UHGV virus genome: UHGV-1783985
DNA: 38,400 bases
Reading direction: 5' to 3' (one strand)
Source of the DNA: a virus
The position numbers and the translations under genes were made by a program. The notes below the pieces were generated by a model, which had not been told where the DNA came from, made no database searches, and saw only the letters and a list, made by a program, of their open reading frames with translations. Shown here piece by piece: positions 38,326 through 38,400 of the stretch; positions within the stretch are counted from its first letter, which is position 1; every line of letters begins with the position of its first letter.

Positions 38326-38400
38326 TGGTGCCGGTTAACGGACTTGAACCGCTGGCCATTCGCTTACAAAGCGACTGCTCTACCAACTGAGCTAAACCGG
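38326..38400 (-). tRNA. tRNA-Thr (anticodon UGU), 5' end just beyond window edge
   Basis: Minus-strand sequence CCGGTTTAGCTCAGTTGGTAGAGC...GTTCAAGTCC...AACCGGCACCA; D-loop and T-loop consensus, anticodon loop UU-UGU-AA; first acceptor nucleotide lies past position 38400. Confidence 0.75.

Noticed and set aside
1-38400. Assignment of the window to a T5-like phage
   Set aside because: Gene content (SbcCD-like pair, FEN, DHFR, ThyA, NrdAB, RNase H, tRNAs) is T5-like, but the replicase here is DnaE-type and a gp32-like SSB is present; without a search I cannot name the phage.
36455-38400. Integrase next to tRNA genes as a prophage attachment boundary
   Set aside because: No direct repeat of a tRNA 3' end was found within the window, and the tRNAs look like part of a phage-encoded cluster; integration cannot be inferred from this window alone.

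Overview
The window reads as the replication, nucleotide-metabolism and recombination module of a large dsDNA phage of an enterobacterial host; almost all genes are on the minus strand and tightly packed. I could not run any database search, so all calls rest on motifs read from the translations. Recognisable minus-strand genes include RNase HI (partial at the window start), a Dam-like methyltransferase, a DnaQ-like exonuclease, DHFR, thymidylate synthase, NrdB/NrdA, a RuvC-like resolvase, SbcC/SbcD-like nuclease subunits, a RecA/UvsX-family recombinase, a FEN-type 5' nuclease, a gp32-like SSB, a DnaE-type polymerase, a CobS/CobT-like AAA+/vWA pair, a tyrosine integrase, a glutaredoxin and two tRNAs at the 3' edge. 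A DnaE-type polymerase argues against a T5-like phage despite the T5-like gene content. The most interesting signals are: (1) a plasmid-like replicon, a Rep-type initiator gene on the plus strand flanked by about 15 copies of a 16-bp iteron; (2) two intein-interrupted genes, the RecA-like recombinase and the CobS-like ATPase, the latter with a non-canonical Ala-1 intein; (3) an SPFH lipoprotein plus small membrane/secreted proteins; (4) an integrase with a divergent HTH regulator and repeated operator palindromes next to the tRNA cluster; (5) a 580-bp ORF-free structured region with direct repeats and a G-quadruplex motif.
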